64,000 nucleotides of DNA. Origin: Octopus sinensis. Taxonomy: Eukaryota. Positions within the stretch are counted from its first letter, which is position 1; every line of letters begins with the position of its first letter. Shown here piece by piece: positions 12,262 to 24,060 of this stretch. A program made the position numbers and the translations under genes. The stretch covers positions 119,164,001 through 119,228,000 of the forward strand of contig NC_042999.1 in NCBI RefSeq assembly GCF_006345805.1, given 5' to 3'. The notes beneath the pieces are model-generated. The model was not told the origin of the DNA, did not search any database, and was given only the letters and a program-made list of their open reading frames with translations.

Positions 12262-12514
12262 TATTGGGTTGGTGAATAATTATTGCAGCTTTTTTCAACA
12301 AATTTTATCCATCAAAAACAATAACAATATTTAACAAAAACATCTTTAAATGATGGTATGACCGTCTGCCAAGTAAATGGGAAGCAGTAATTGAAGTAGA
12401 TGGTGAATATGCTCCGGAATAATCATTTAAAGATATCTTTGTTACAAGTCGTTATTGTTTTTGTTGAGTAAAATTTTTTGAAAAAATGCCACAATAATTA
12501 TGCATGAACCCAAT
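12262..12514 (+). mobile_element. Mariner-derived MITE
   Basis: TA-flanked TIRs TTGGGTTGGTGAATAATTATTGC / CACAATAATTATGCATGAACCCAA. The interior encodes a mariner C-terminus, RLPSKWEAVIEVDGEYAPE*. A second copy lies in the opposite orientation at 57525-57758. Confidence 0.8.
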
Positions 12515-14008
12515 AATATGCTGGCACTCAGTAAGATACTCAGTTAATTTTTATCCTCATCTTCCTAATAAGATTTTTTTAGAAGTTTCTGGGTGAAAGG
12601 GTTTGTTCTTGTGCTGTCGTCTTTGAGTGTTGGATTTTCTAAACAGTACAGTGTTTTTGCTTCATCCATTACCACATTACTATCTCTTGAAAGATATATT
12701 GACTTTGCAGGAGATTTTCTTGCTACCATTTAAAATAGCATTTTGCAGTCCCATCTTTCAGTTTGTTTTTATTTCTTTTTAATGCTGTCTACCATTGTTT
12801 CACCACCTGCCTTATAGTTGTTTTACTAAAGCTTGTGTTTTCTGTTTGTTGGCTTGTTTTAGCAAAGAAAGAAGACAGCTGTTTTTGTTTTATTTTGTTT
12901 TTGTTAATACTTTAGAGCTAGGCTGGTTGATTCAGCTTTTCATAAAAATTTGGATGATATTTTTGTATTCTGCTTTTATATGATACAATAATTTTTATAG
13001 GTACTGGAAGCTCACCTAACTTCATATTTCTCTGGTAAATATAACATTTGTGTCTGCCTTTGGATGTTGTATTCTATTATTATTGTTGTTGATGATGATG
13101 CTGTCCCCAAAATGGTACGTGTTCAAAGGAGTCAGTACAAACATTCAAGTCCTAATGATTCCCACCTCCATAAACACACAACCACAAGACCATTCTGGAA
13201 CTATATCCTGTTGCAATTTCAGAAATAAAAGCAAAAAATACAGAAATTAAACTTGTGAGAATTAACACCACTTGAGTACTTCATACCCTGGGGAATGAGA
13301 AAGGCAGAGAAAGGGTGAGAGAAGTGGGCTGTTACAAAATAAGCAGTAGTAATAAGTACACTCTCAATAACATCACTCTTTGCTTAATCAGTTGCAGTGC
13401 TGAAACCCACCTCAACCTCAGGGGTATACTTCACTTGTCATAACAGCAGTGGTCAATAAGAACAGAGTGTATGAATAGGAATGGCAGATTGTCAGAGTCA
13501 GTGCAAAAGGCATTAAAAGAATAGACTTTCTCCCAAAAAGTCTAACCCAAGCAAAATCAAAGAGAATGTGATGATTGTGTTGCCCTCCCAAGTGCATGTT
13601 TCTTCACATTTGTGGAAGTAGCAATGCTTTCTTCATGAAAATAATAGAAACCTCTAGCTAAACAAAAAAAAAAATATATATATACACACTCACACACATA
13701 TACATGCATACACACATATATATACATATATATATATATACATTTATATATATATATATATTATATATATATATATATAATAGAAATATTAAAATAACTA
13801 AGTCTCTCTAAAAGAGAACAGCGGCAGCGTTCCCGGAAAATAATAGTTATCGCCATACTAATATGGCATTCTTATAAAAATAAGAAAAAAGCTGTCCGCT
13901 TATTAGCTCCATGAGGCCATCGCCTTAAGTTAGCTATTTGATACACAAACTGTATCCATATAACCTTCGAACAAGGGAGGTCAGTCGCTCCACACTACTT
14001 GACCGGCA

Positions 14009-14050
14009 GCTACAGACGCGTTTCGGGGTATTGCCCCTTTTCAATGCAGC
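14009..14050 (-). ncRNA. Type-I hammerhead ribozyme (U3-A8 core variant)
   Basis: The reverse complement reads GCTGCA-TTGAAAA-GGGG CAATA CCCC-GAAA-CGCG-TC-TGTAGC, identical to 14492-14533. Confidence 0.8.
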
Positions 14051-14491
14051 GTAGCCAGCCAGTAGGTGTCGCTTCCGACAATCTCTGTTCGATGGTTTTA
14101 TTTACCTAGTTTCGGTGGAATACATCCACTTGTTTTCAATAATAGAAATATTAAAATAACTAAGTCTCTCTAAAAGAGAACAGCGGCAGCGTTCCCGGAA
14201 AATAATAGTTATCGCCATACTAATATGGCATTCTTATAAAAATAAGAAAAAAGCTGTCCGCTTATTAGCTCCATGAGGCCATCGCCTTAAGTTAGCTATT
14301 TGATACACAAACTGTATCCATATAACCTTCGAACAAGGTTCGAAAATAATAGTTATCGCTGTTCTCTTTTAGAGAGACTTAGTTATTTTAATATTTCTAT
14401 TATTGAAAACAAGTGGATGTATTCCACCGAAACTAGGTAAATAAAACCATCGAACAGAGATTGTCGGAAGCGACACCTACTGGCTGGCTAC

Positions 14492-14533
14492 GCTGCATTG
14501 AAAAGGGGCAATACCCCGAAACGCGTCTGTAGC
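14492..14533 (+). ncRNA. Type-I hammerhead ribozyme (U3-A8 core variant), predicted cleavage after GUC at 14527
   Basis: Stem I GCTGCA/TGTAGC, extended by TGGCTGGC/GCCGGTCA and CTAC/GTAG. Core UUGAAAA, stem II GGGG/CCCC, GAAA, and palindromic stem III ACGCGT followed by C. Confidence 0.8.
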
Positions 14534-14696
14534 TGCCGGTCAAGTAGTGTGGAGCGACTGACCTCCCTTGTTCGAAGGTTATATGGATACAGTTTGTGTA
14601 TCAAATAGCTAACTTAAGGCGATGGCCTCATGGAGCTAATAAGCGGACAGCTTTTTTCTTATTTTTATAAGAATGCCATATTAGTATGGCGATAAC

Positions 14697-14731
<35 letters not shown>

Positions 14732-16449
14732 AACATATGCACACACACGCACACACACACACACACACACGCACACATGTACATATAGGTACTCTTATGA
14801 GAATGTAAGTTTGGCCCATTGGTTGGTTTTGAACCGGTGGATTCACTGTGTGTATGTGTAGTCACCAACTGTCCTCAAAGAAAATAAGAAAAGGTTGCCT
14901 CCTCTCTGCTTTGCTTGACTCAGAGAAGTTACTGCTTTGGGTGAGAAGTTTCTTGCATTTGGGGGAGAGACAATGACGTGGTGTACCTTTGCCAGATTAT
15001 TTTGTAAGTATAAAAAACAGTGGCTGAGAGGTGAGAATAAACTTCAGCTTGACTTTGGATTATAAATTTCTGCCTGACTTAGGATTATACAACTTCAGCC
15101 TGACTTTGGATTGGGGACAGTTTCCTTGTCTACAGTAACTGTAGCAATACACACATACATATATATGTGTACCTTCCAATTCTTCATATTTCTTTCAATG
15201 TTCCATATATTGTATAACAACTCTCACCCTATCTCTTTGTATTTATAACATGTTTTAATTTTTGTGTTTCACATTCCATGTTATCTTTCCTTTCTTTGCA
15301 ACTCTTGGTGAAAGTTTGGTACATTTTGCATCTCTTTGAGTCCTTGTGGCTAATAAAATATTATCGTTGTTGATATTGATGTTGGTAATGTTACTAATAT
15401 TAGTATTAGTATTAGTAGTCTACATATGCTGTCAAAAATGATAGCCAATTCAGTTTGAATTTTTCATTTTTTCTTTATAGATCCAATTACAATTTCAAAT
15501 TCTTTATATGAATATTGCATAAAGCTATAAATTCTAAATTTTCTCTGATTTCCCTCTAGGTTTAGACTGTTAAATCTGCTCTTACTTTCAGTCAGTTTTT
15601 GGAATTATCCAATATATTTTAGCAGAAAAATGATTACATGCAAGATTTTTTTTAAATATTTAATTTTTCCTATAATTAAATACATACATTACGAATTATT
15701 TATATAAGATCACTTAAAAGAAAGTTGCTTGAATTATTACAATACTATCCCGTTCCCCGCTGGCAGATGAACAATGATCAAAACTTTCAGATTTATCAGG
15801 AATATTATATAAATAGATTAAGCCATGAAAAATCCTCAACTTATACGCTGAATAGTTAACTATTAAACTTTGCTTTTAATCATTTACTTAGTGGAGGACG
15901 ATATGCAGTGCTCATAGCTTTGCATGTCCTCTTAAAAGAGTGAGATCAACACAATTACTATTTAGTTTATAAATGCATATAAATTGAAAATTCTCTTAGA
16001 AACATGCATGAGAAGTGGATCCCGAAATTCACAGGGGAGGAATGAGTGGAGAAATTGTTTACAGCATGGTTTTAAGAATCAGAGATAATAAGTCGGAAAA
16101 AAAGAAGGGCAGGTGTTTGGTATTTACAGAAGAACAATGTAACTTGTGAAATCAAAGAAGTAAAATCTGTTGTAGCTGTAGTGAATAATGAAATAGTTCA
16201 TTTCTAGGTTAGGAGCTCTTGCATGTTGGTGGGCGAATCTTTGCCAATCCCATCTCAGATATTCATATATTGAGCAGTAGAACTGCCATCCATAGATGTT
16301 AAAACAATATTCCAATGTTATTCATCCTTGAATTTAGTTAACACCAGCGACTAATGAGATATAGAATCTGGAATATTTCCAGGTCCTAAAGAATCACTTT
16401 TGGCCACACACATAAATATGTATAGATACATGCATATATGTGTGTGAGA

Positions 16450-16494
<45 letters not shown>

Positions 16495-16999
16495 GTGCAT
16501 GTGTGTGTTTTTGTATATATATATGTATGTATTAGATATTAGTAATAGCAGTATTAGTACTAAATAGCCATCTTTATATCCTACTTAACATGGATGTATT
16601 ATAGGAATACTATAATGCTATGATATTTGTCTTGAAAAAGCATCTGGTATAGACACTTAGGGCTTAAATACTGAAAATCAGTGGCAAACGAATATTGTCC
16701 AGCACCAGTTGGAGAACTGCAAGATCACATAACTTCAGCTTGTTTGCACTTCATCAGCAACAAAAATTCACTATCACTATTGTTGACCAAACTTCACTTC
16801 TACTGACATATAAGAATTTTTAAAAAAAGTGATTAATCAGGCCCTGATGTCACAAAGGGCTGGCTAGCTAGATAAATACTTTGATATTAGCAACAGAAGC
16901 TGTATTAATATCAAATAACAATCTTTATATCCTACTTAATATGGATGTATGATAACGATGCATAATATCACAATATTTATCTTGAAAGAACATCTCATA

Positions 17000-17950
17000 G
17001 ATGTTTAGTGCAATAAAAATTTTTCTATGATAATGAAGTTTACATTCAGCATCCTGAGTTAGATTGCTTTCAAGAATCTGGCATGAAAATTAGTTGTAAA
17101 GTTTGGTTATTTTTGCCTGAAATGTAAGCAGTGAGGTGCAAACTCATTCTAGCCATTACATTTTATTATGGCAATTAACCATCTAATATGGTAGTGTAGA
17201 TTGTTGTTGTTCTCTTCAAGAATGTTTTCTGTCAAGGTTGCTTCTGTTTCGTAATTTCATTTGCACATATACTGCAGATTTCTGCTTGGTTTTCTTTAAG
17301 AATAATTGCAGCTGTGTATAATAAAGTATTGTTCAGTAATTAACAATGCATGATCCCATGTGTTCTCAAGCAAGATCATCGATTACTTTCGACACAAGAG
17401 CCTTAAATTTTTTCTTTAATTTTGTTAAGAATGACCTGTCACTCAATGAAAACTTAGTAAAACTGGAAAGGTTTTTTCAAATTGTTTTTCAAAATGTTCT
17501 TAACTTGAATCTATTCCACAATCATCTCTGTCGAATCAGTCACATGTGGGGAAATATGAGAGTTTAATGATAGTAGCAGCAGTTTGTTTACATTATCTTT
17601 GATCTCTCTTATGGCTGATTTTGGCTGGTTCTTAGTATTTGAAAAGATCAATTGGCATCATGAGAGTTGGAATAACAAGTGCTATCTGTGATAGCCATTT
17701 ATTTTTTTTTATATGCAACAAAAGATGCTTGTTGCCAAAGATGTTTTGCTATAAAATAGTTTAAGTCAGGATAAAAATTTGATCCAGTATTCTTTTAACT
17801 GCTTCATATAGCCAATAGAAGGGACATTTCTGGCTTTCTCATAGAGCTGAAGTAGAACTCAGAACTCAGTTTAATTGTGAAAACCAGGTGTGAATAATGC
17901 ATATATCTTCTTAAATAACCTGTGTTTGCATTGGCATTGGTGTCATTGCT
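17000..17950 (-). mobile_element. Degenerate N-terminal region of an R4/Dong-like (restriction-endonuclease-type) LINE ORF
   Basis: Minus-strand fragments SMRKARNVPSIGYMKQLKEYW, DRSFLTKLKKKFKALVSKVIDDL and NTLLYTAAIILKE resemble the N-terminal regions of this group from memory. Many stops. Confidence 0.5.
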
Positions 17951-20579
17951 ATCAATTTCATCCATGATCAATAAAGCAAAACTTCATGTAGTATTAGATA
18001 TATTTTGTAACCCAAGCTGACTATTGCTCCATTGCTAAGTAAAAAGTCTTTCTCTTATTTATGACAGGAAAAATAAACTAGTTACTGATTTAGGTTGGAG
18101 GAGTTAGTATAATTGTAGAATAGTTCAAAACATCATTTTAAAAATGGTCCTATTTATCTACACATCTGATGCTTATGACTGCATGTTGTGTGTATATATG
18201 TGTGTGAGACAGAGATGTCTTTTACCAATATTATTATATATTTGTGAAACTAGTATTCCTCTCAAGTTTGAGATTGTGTGTCATTCCTGGGTAGAGTAAT
18301 TGTAGTACAAAATACTCTTTTCTTGATATAGGAGACGGTTTTTGCCTAGGTATTACTCACAAAAACTACTTTGTGATGTTTCCATTGGAGGATCTTTTTA
18401 AGCATCTTTTAATGAATTATTACATATTTAACTTAATGCATTTAGTGGAATGTGAATAATGAATACATATTGGCAAAATAAAATTTCGGTAAGGAGTAAC
18501 AACCAATACACATTAGGAAGGGTAATGTTTTGATATGGTTTCTGTAACAATACAATTAATCTGGATTGCCTGAAAACATTCAGCTGGGAAAAAACATCAG
18601 TTAAAATCTGTTAGTTTGCCAAAGATCAGGATGTACCACATTATATTGTATAAACATCTAAATAAGTGATCAGTTGTTAGAGTTGTTTGATATCATGTTG
18701 TTTGATATCATGTTTTGTTCTGGAAAGACGTCTATTTTGACTGCTTTTGTAAATATTGGCACTCAAATCTCTATTTCTTAAGTTGATAAAATCCTGGGAC
18801 ACAGAGCCCTTATGCAGGGACAGAGGAGTATATTGTCTGCATATATAGATGTCGCAATGGTCAAGGGTTAAAGCTTTCCAACGATGCAAAACTAACTTAA
18901 TACAAGAATATGACAGAAATAATGAAGACAAACTAGCAGAAATGTTGGCAGGCTTGCATCTTGGCAGCTGGAGAGACAAAGTGACAGGGAAAACAGGTTG
19001 TAGCCATACTAAACACAGTTTTTAAGTATGGATGGGTAAATACAAAATTATCTTACCCGGACAGATCAGCTGAAAAAATCAGTGATTTTACAAAAATTGA
19101 GACAGATTCTAAGTAATCACTCGAATTATTTGAAATGACAACAACTAACCTTATTGTCTTCAATAAAAAAAGAGTGAACTACATTAAAGAGTAGATGTGG
19201 GTTAAATTAAGAGATTGTGGAAGAAAAAATATACAAATAATTACACAGAATTAAAATTGTATGATAAACACATAAAAAGTCAAACAAGATTGAAATTATA
19301 ATGAAAGTAAATCCCTTTCACATATGCAAGAAACTGCCTTTTGCATTGAACAGTATCATAGAGTATTGATTTTTTTACTTCTTGAATGGACAAGAAAAGG
19401 TCAACATCTTATTGACTTGTAAATTAAACACACTTGGAGCACTTTATTAATACCCTAACATTTCTCTGTTTTTATCTAATTTTTTTCCCACAAATTTCGC
19501 TCAGAAATGTGCTGAGAGAAAGCTATCTCTGAAATACTAGACAAAAGTAGCAAATGCTTCCATCACTTCTATAACATATTGTCTCATGGATGCCATACCT
19601 TATTCTAGACAATGGCTGACCATCTTGGTGTGTCTGCTCTTTTTCCTCTTGTTAAAAGGAATTGTTCCAATAATCAGAAGTTCCATTATTGTTGGGATTA
19701 ATGATGCACAAGCATGCAAGGAAGCTGTGACTTCTGTAAAGATTATTTGACTGTGCTGGTGTGGTAGCCTTTATGCGGGAATGTCTTTTTGTGGCTTGCC
19801 TCTTTGACAGAGCTGCAGCAAGGTATAGTGTTGGCCAGTGTTTAGAATCATTTCAAGCATTCTTTTACTTTTAATAGTTGCTAATGTAGCCAGTGGAACT
19901 TCATTCTTTGTGGTTTATAGAGCATTAATGGATATGAGAGATGATGTTTGCATGGATATCCTGAACAATGATGAGGATGAAGAGAAAAATCTCTTTTGAA
20001 ATATTTTAGTTTGGAAATCATACACAAATTGCCAAAATTTTTGACCTAGCATTTCAATCATAGTCATTGCTGCTTCAGGATAAACTGTACAAGCAACTCA
20101 GTGATGGAATTGGCCTGTCTGGCATATGGACAAGTATGGCTATTGATTGAGTTCATTCCACCAACTTCCATTTGCAAGGAAACGTAAGTCAATTTATTGT
20201 GTCTGGTTGTTATAGCAAAAACAAAGATTGAAAGAACAGAGAACAAGGTATTTTTCTCTCATGCCGTGCCTTCTTCAACCCTTTTAAGTATCAACTGAAG
20301 AGAAACTCTGAGTGGAGAAGTAAGAAGTGCTCTCCATAGGTTTTCTGCAAGATATGTGAGATGGCCAGCAGAGGCTGGGTAAAAGGTCCATTCTAAATAT
20401 GTACTTGTAAATCACAGGCAGAAATTTGGGAGAAGTATTTTAGGAGTTGAAAGAAATTCTTCGATAGCTCCTAGATGCTTGACAATAAATTTATTTCTTG
20501 TTTGTTACCATTGCACTTCACCCTAATATGCTGCGATATTCTTCACCCTACTCCTCATCATTATTATCAGTATTAGTGA

Positions 20580-20770
20580 TAGTAGTTATTGCAGTGATGG
20601 TGGTGGTAGAAGTAGCAGTAGTAGCAGCAGCTGTGGTAGCAGTTGTAGTAATAGCAACAACATTGGTGGTGATGGTGATGGTGTTGTTGTTGTTGGTGGT
20701 GGTGGTAGTCGTAGCAGCAGCAGCAGCAGCAGCAGTAGCAGCAACAGTAGCAGTAGTAGTAATAGTAAGC
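20580..20770. repeat. Compound trinucleotide microsatellite (GTG/GTA/GCA)
   Basis: Directly visible; it is the source of the poly-V/A/L ORFs. Confidence 0.9.
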
Positions 20771-20900
20771 AGTTCATTTTGTTGAAAGGTATCTAACCAC
20801 CAATTTTCTTATCAGCATGTAACTTGATAGATCTCATTGAGAAAGGTATGACTATCATATATTACTTTTGATATATACTTATCTATGTGTATTGAAATAT

Positions 20901-20952
<52 letters not shown>

Positions 20953-21224
20953 TATATATATATATTGTATATATATATAATATATATATATGAATATATA
21001 ATGTATATATATATATGTGTGTATGTGTGTGTGTATATATAATATGTACATATATGTAAGGACAAGATGCAGCTTCATTGAAACAGTCCTTGCTGCAAAG
21101 CAAGTTGAATAAAATTTGGGATTTTTGCAGAGGGTAAAAGTGGTAACAAGAACAGGACAGTAAGAAGAAAACAAGACAGTAAAAACAAATGATGAGGGTT
21201 GTTAAACCAAGACGATATATAATA

Positions 21225-21242
21225 ACAATAATAATAATAATC

Positions 21243-21296
<54 letters not shown>

Positions 21297-21297
21297 T
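21225..21297. repeat. (AAT)n microsatellite
   Basis: Directly visible. Confidence 0.95.
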
Positions 21298-21406
21298 GAA
21301 GGAATATTACTCCAAACTTACAGGGAAAAATTCAATTTAGAAATACTAAATCAAATTTCACAAAATATAATATATATAAATGGTGGTTTTTTCTAATTCA
21401 TATATA

Positions 21407-21460
<54 letters not shown>

Positions 21461-21584
21461 GCCTGCTCACTTAGCCGGTGGGGTAGCGTCATTTGACGGC
21501 TGAAACAATGCGAAGCACATTGTGACCAGCGATGTGTAGCAACATCTGATAGCCTGGTCGGTCACAGTGATATATATATATATA

Positions 21585-22010
21585 TATTCTTTTACTTGTT
21601 TTACTCATTTGACTGTGGTTATGCTGGTGCACCACCTTTAGTCGAACAAATCAACCCCAGGACTTATTCCTTGTAAGCCTAGAACTTATTCTATCATTCT
21701 CTTTTGCCGAACTGCTAAGTTATAGAGATGTAAACACACCAGCATCAGTTGTCAAGCGATGGTGGATTGATAAACAAAGACACACAAATACATACATACA
21801 TACATGCATACATACATTCATACATATATATATATATATAGGATGGGCTTCTTTCAGTTTCCATCTACAAAATCAACTCACAAGGCTTTGGTTGGCCCAA
21901 GGCTATAGTAGAAGAAACTAGCCCAAGGTTCCATTCAGTGGGACTGAACCCAGAACTATGTTGTTGGAAAGCAAGCTTCTTACCACACAGCCACTCCTGT
22001 GCCTGTATAT
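21585..22010 (-). mobile_element. tRNA-derived SINE with central CA/TA microsatellite (most abundant family in the window)
   Basis: The plus strand shows TTTTACTTGTTT..CATTTGACTG... then GGGACTGAACCC...ACCACACAGCCACTCCTG. On the minus strand this is a tRNA-like head with A-box (TGGCTGTGTGG) and B-box (GGTTCAGTCCC). Confidence 0.85.
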
Positions 22011-22624
22011 GTAACATATGGTTTATTTATATTTTGCAGTAAATATTCATATTCCCTGATGTGCCAGATGGTGCTTTAAATTAATCTACATGGCATTATT
22101 TTAGTCGTCACTGCTTTGTGTGTGATACAGAATTAATTTTTGCTTGGCAAGCCTTAGCACACATCAAGAAAATGCCTTGCTTGCTGATTCCCATATAGGA
22201 CAAAAGTTACTAACTCCAAAGACCAAGACGGCATCTGTCACTGAGGATTCAACCAAAACACTAGTGACTGATTGTTGTTAATATCATTTGGAGAATGTTG
22301 TGCTTTGACACAGAAAAGTCTCTTGTGAAAATTTCTTATACAAGGTAAAATCCTGCAATGATTCCTATTCATATTTGGGTGTGCAGAAAAATGTTACAAG
22401 TGGATGTACATACTGTTATTTTGATCATTGATGCATCATGTGGTTCTATATATATATATATACAAACATACACACACACTCACACACGTAACATATACGC
22501 ATACATATACATAAACATATATATATATGTGTGTGTGTGTGGATACAAACCTATATGTAACTGTAACTCCGTCCCTCTCCCTTGCTGTATGTGCGTGTGT
22601 ATATATATATATATAATATATATA

Positions 22625-22688
<64 letters not shown>

Positions 22689-23220
22689 ACGTATATACAT
22701 ATATATATAGGCATTTCCCATGGAATTTCCACAGTTATTTTGTTGGAAATTTATACTGAAACATGCAACGCATAATTTCTTTTGAAACTGTTTTTCATGT
22801 AATATAAAGGTGATATCTATAAAAGATTATTTCTTCAATTTTGTTCCATAGTTTTCAATCAATAGTCTTACAAATAGTATTAGTGTATCCAATGTGTAAT
22901 AAATGATGTTTCTGTTTCCATTTCATAGTTATAGTCTTTCAAACATAGATTGTTGCAGAATAATACCATAGGTAATAGAAATGTAACAGTCCAATAAAAC
23001 AATGCCATGAAGTTACCTTTCCTCCTACTTTTCAATGTTACGACTTCCCTTTCTACACATATCTGCTTCATTTTTCTTGCCACCCCACTCAGTATATGTA
23101 GATTCTCCTCCCTCAATCCTTACTTTAATCATTTTCTGGCTCTCCTCCTCCCTCTCAGCAGTATATTCCTCCAATCTAGGGTCAAACACGTAATTCATAT
23201 ATGAAGACACACACATAAAC

Positions 23221-23263
<43 letters not shown>

Positions 23264-23321
23264 CATGTATATGTATGTGTGTATATATATATATTCACAC
23301 ACATACATGTGTATATACATA

Positions 23322-23960
23322 CATGGTCTGATCAATAAGTGTCCGGACTGTTGCCATAGTAACAAAGCTAAAGTATGCAAAGTAAATCTGCTTGGCACAG
23401 TTTAACATTGGACTCTGCTGTGCATGTGCACTAAGTTTTAATGTTTTAGCTCACTTCTGCTATTTACAGCAGTACTTGGAAGGAAGGTGTATAGTCTGTA
23501 ATCATTGCATTGACCATGACAGAAAAATTTGAGCAGCGAATCTGCATTAAATTTTTCCAAAAGCTTGGCAATACCTGCTTAAAGGCCTACGCAAAGTTTT
23601 AAAAAAGTTTTCATTGTTTCCAATGAAGGAGATCTTGTACAACTGAAATCCGAGTGTCATTTTGGTCAGCTGAAAGCAGTTTTGGCACAAACTTGGCAGA
23701 TACGTATCTCATACCCAAATCTGCAGTGATAATGGACGGAGCTGAACTGTAACTAGTCTGCACATCCCCTGGTAACTCACAGATGCTAATTCAATGATCA
23801 GACACAACAAACGTTTCTTCCAAACACTGCTCTAAACAGAAAAAATGAGCTATGCATATGCACAGCAGAGTCCAAGGTCAATCTGAACCAAGCAACTTTA
23901 CTCTGCATACTTTAGCTTCGTTACTATGGCAACAGTCCGGATACTTCTTGATCATAACTC

Positions 23961-23962
<2 letters not shown>
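23322..23962. mobile_element. Internally deleted mariner derivative with long inverted ends
   Basis: TIRs TGATCAATAAGTGTCCGGACTGTTGCCATAGTAAC and its reverse complement. The plus strand encodes MTEKFEQRICIKFFQKLG; the minus strand encodes ITADLGMRYVSAKFVPKLLSADQ. Confidence 0.8.
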
Positions 23963-23991
<29 letters not shown>

Positions 23992-24060
23992 CACACATGC
24001 ATATATATATATATATATCTTTATACATAAGCATATACATATACACACATATATATATAT

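Larger units (their letters stand above)
13779..14702. mobile_element. Very young hammerhead-containing 362-bp repeat insertion (subfamily B): 1.55 tandem units plus an inverted unit, no coding capacity; retrozyme-like
   Basis: 13779-13976 repeats at 14141-14338 (period 362). 14357-14702 is the reverse complement of 13840-14185, with no mismatch seen by eye. Both flanks are (TA)n. Confidence 0.9.

Noticed and set aside
13779-14702. CRISPR-like or satellite interpretation of the repeated unit
   Set aside because: There is no short repeat-spacer pattern and no cas genes, and the context is eukaryotic. Under two tandem units plus an inversion and a ribozyme fit a retroelement better.
16120-16410. 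Minus-strand stretch faintly resembling a retrotransposon gag (…HWNIVLTSMDGSSTAQYMNI…)
   Set aside because: The similarity is too vague and there are no supporting neighbouring domains.
21457-21572. CpG-rich 115-bp insert in (TA)n with a CATTGTGACC/GGTCACAGTG hairpin
   Set aside because: Probably a small interspersed repeat end, but it is single-copy here and cannot be classified from this window.
21940-22005. Possible tRNA genes at SINE heads
   Set aside because: They have A/B-box-like motifs but no complete cloverleaf, are always attached to SINE bodies, and are variably degenerate.
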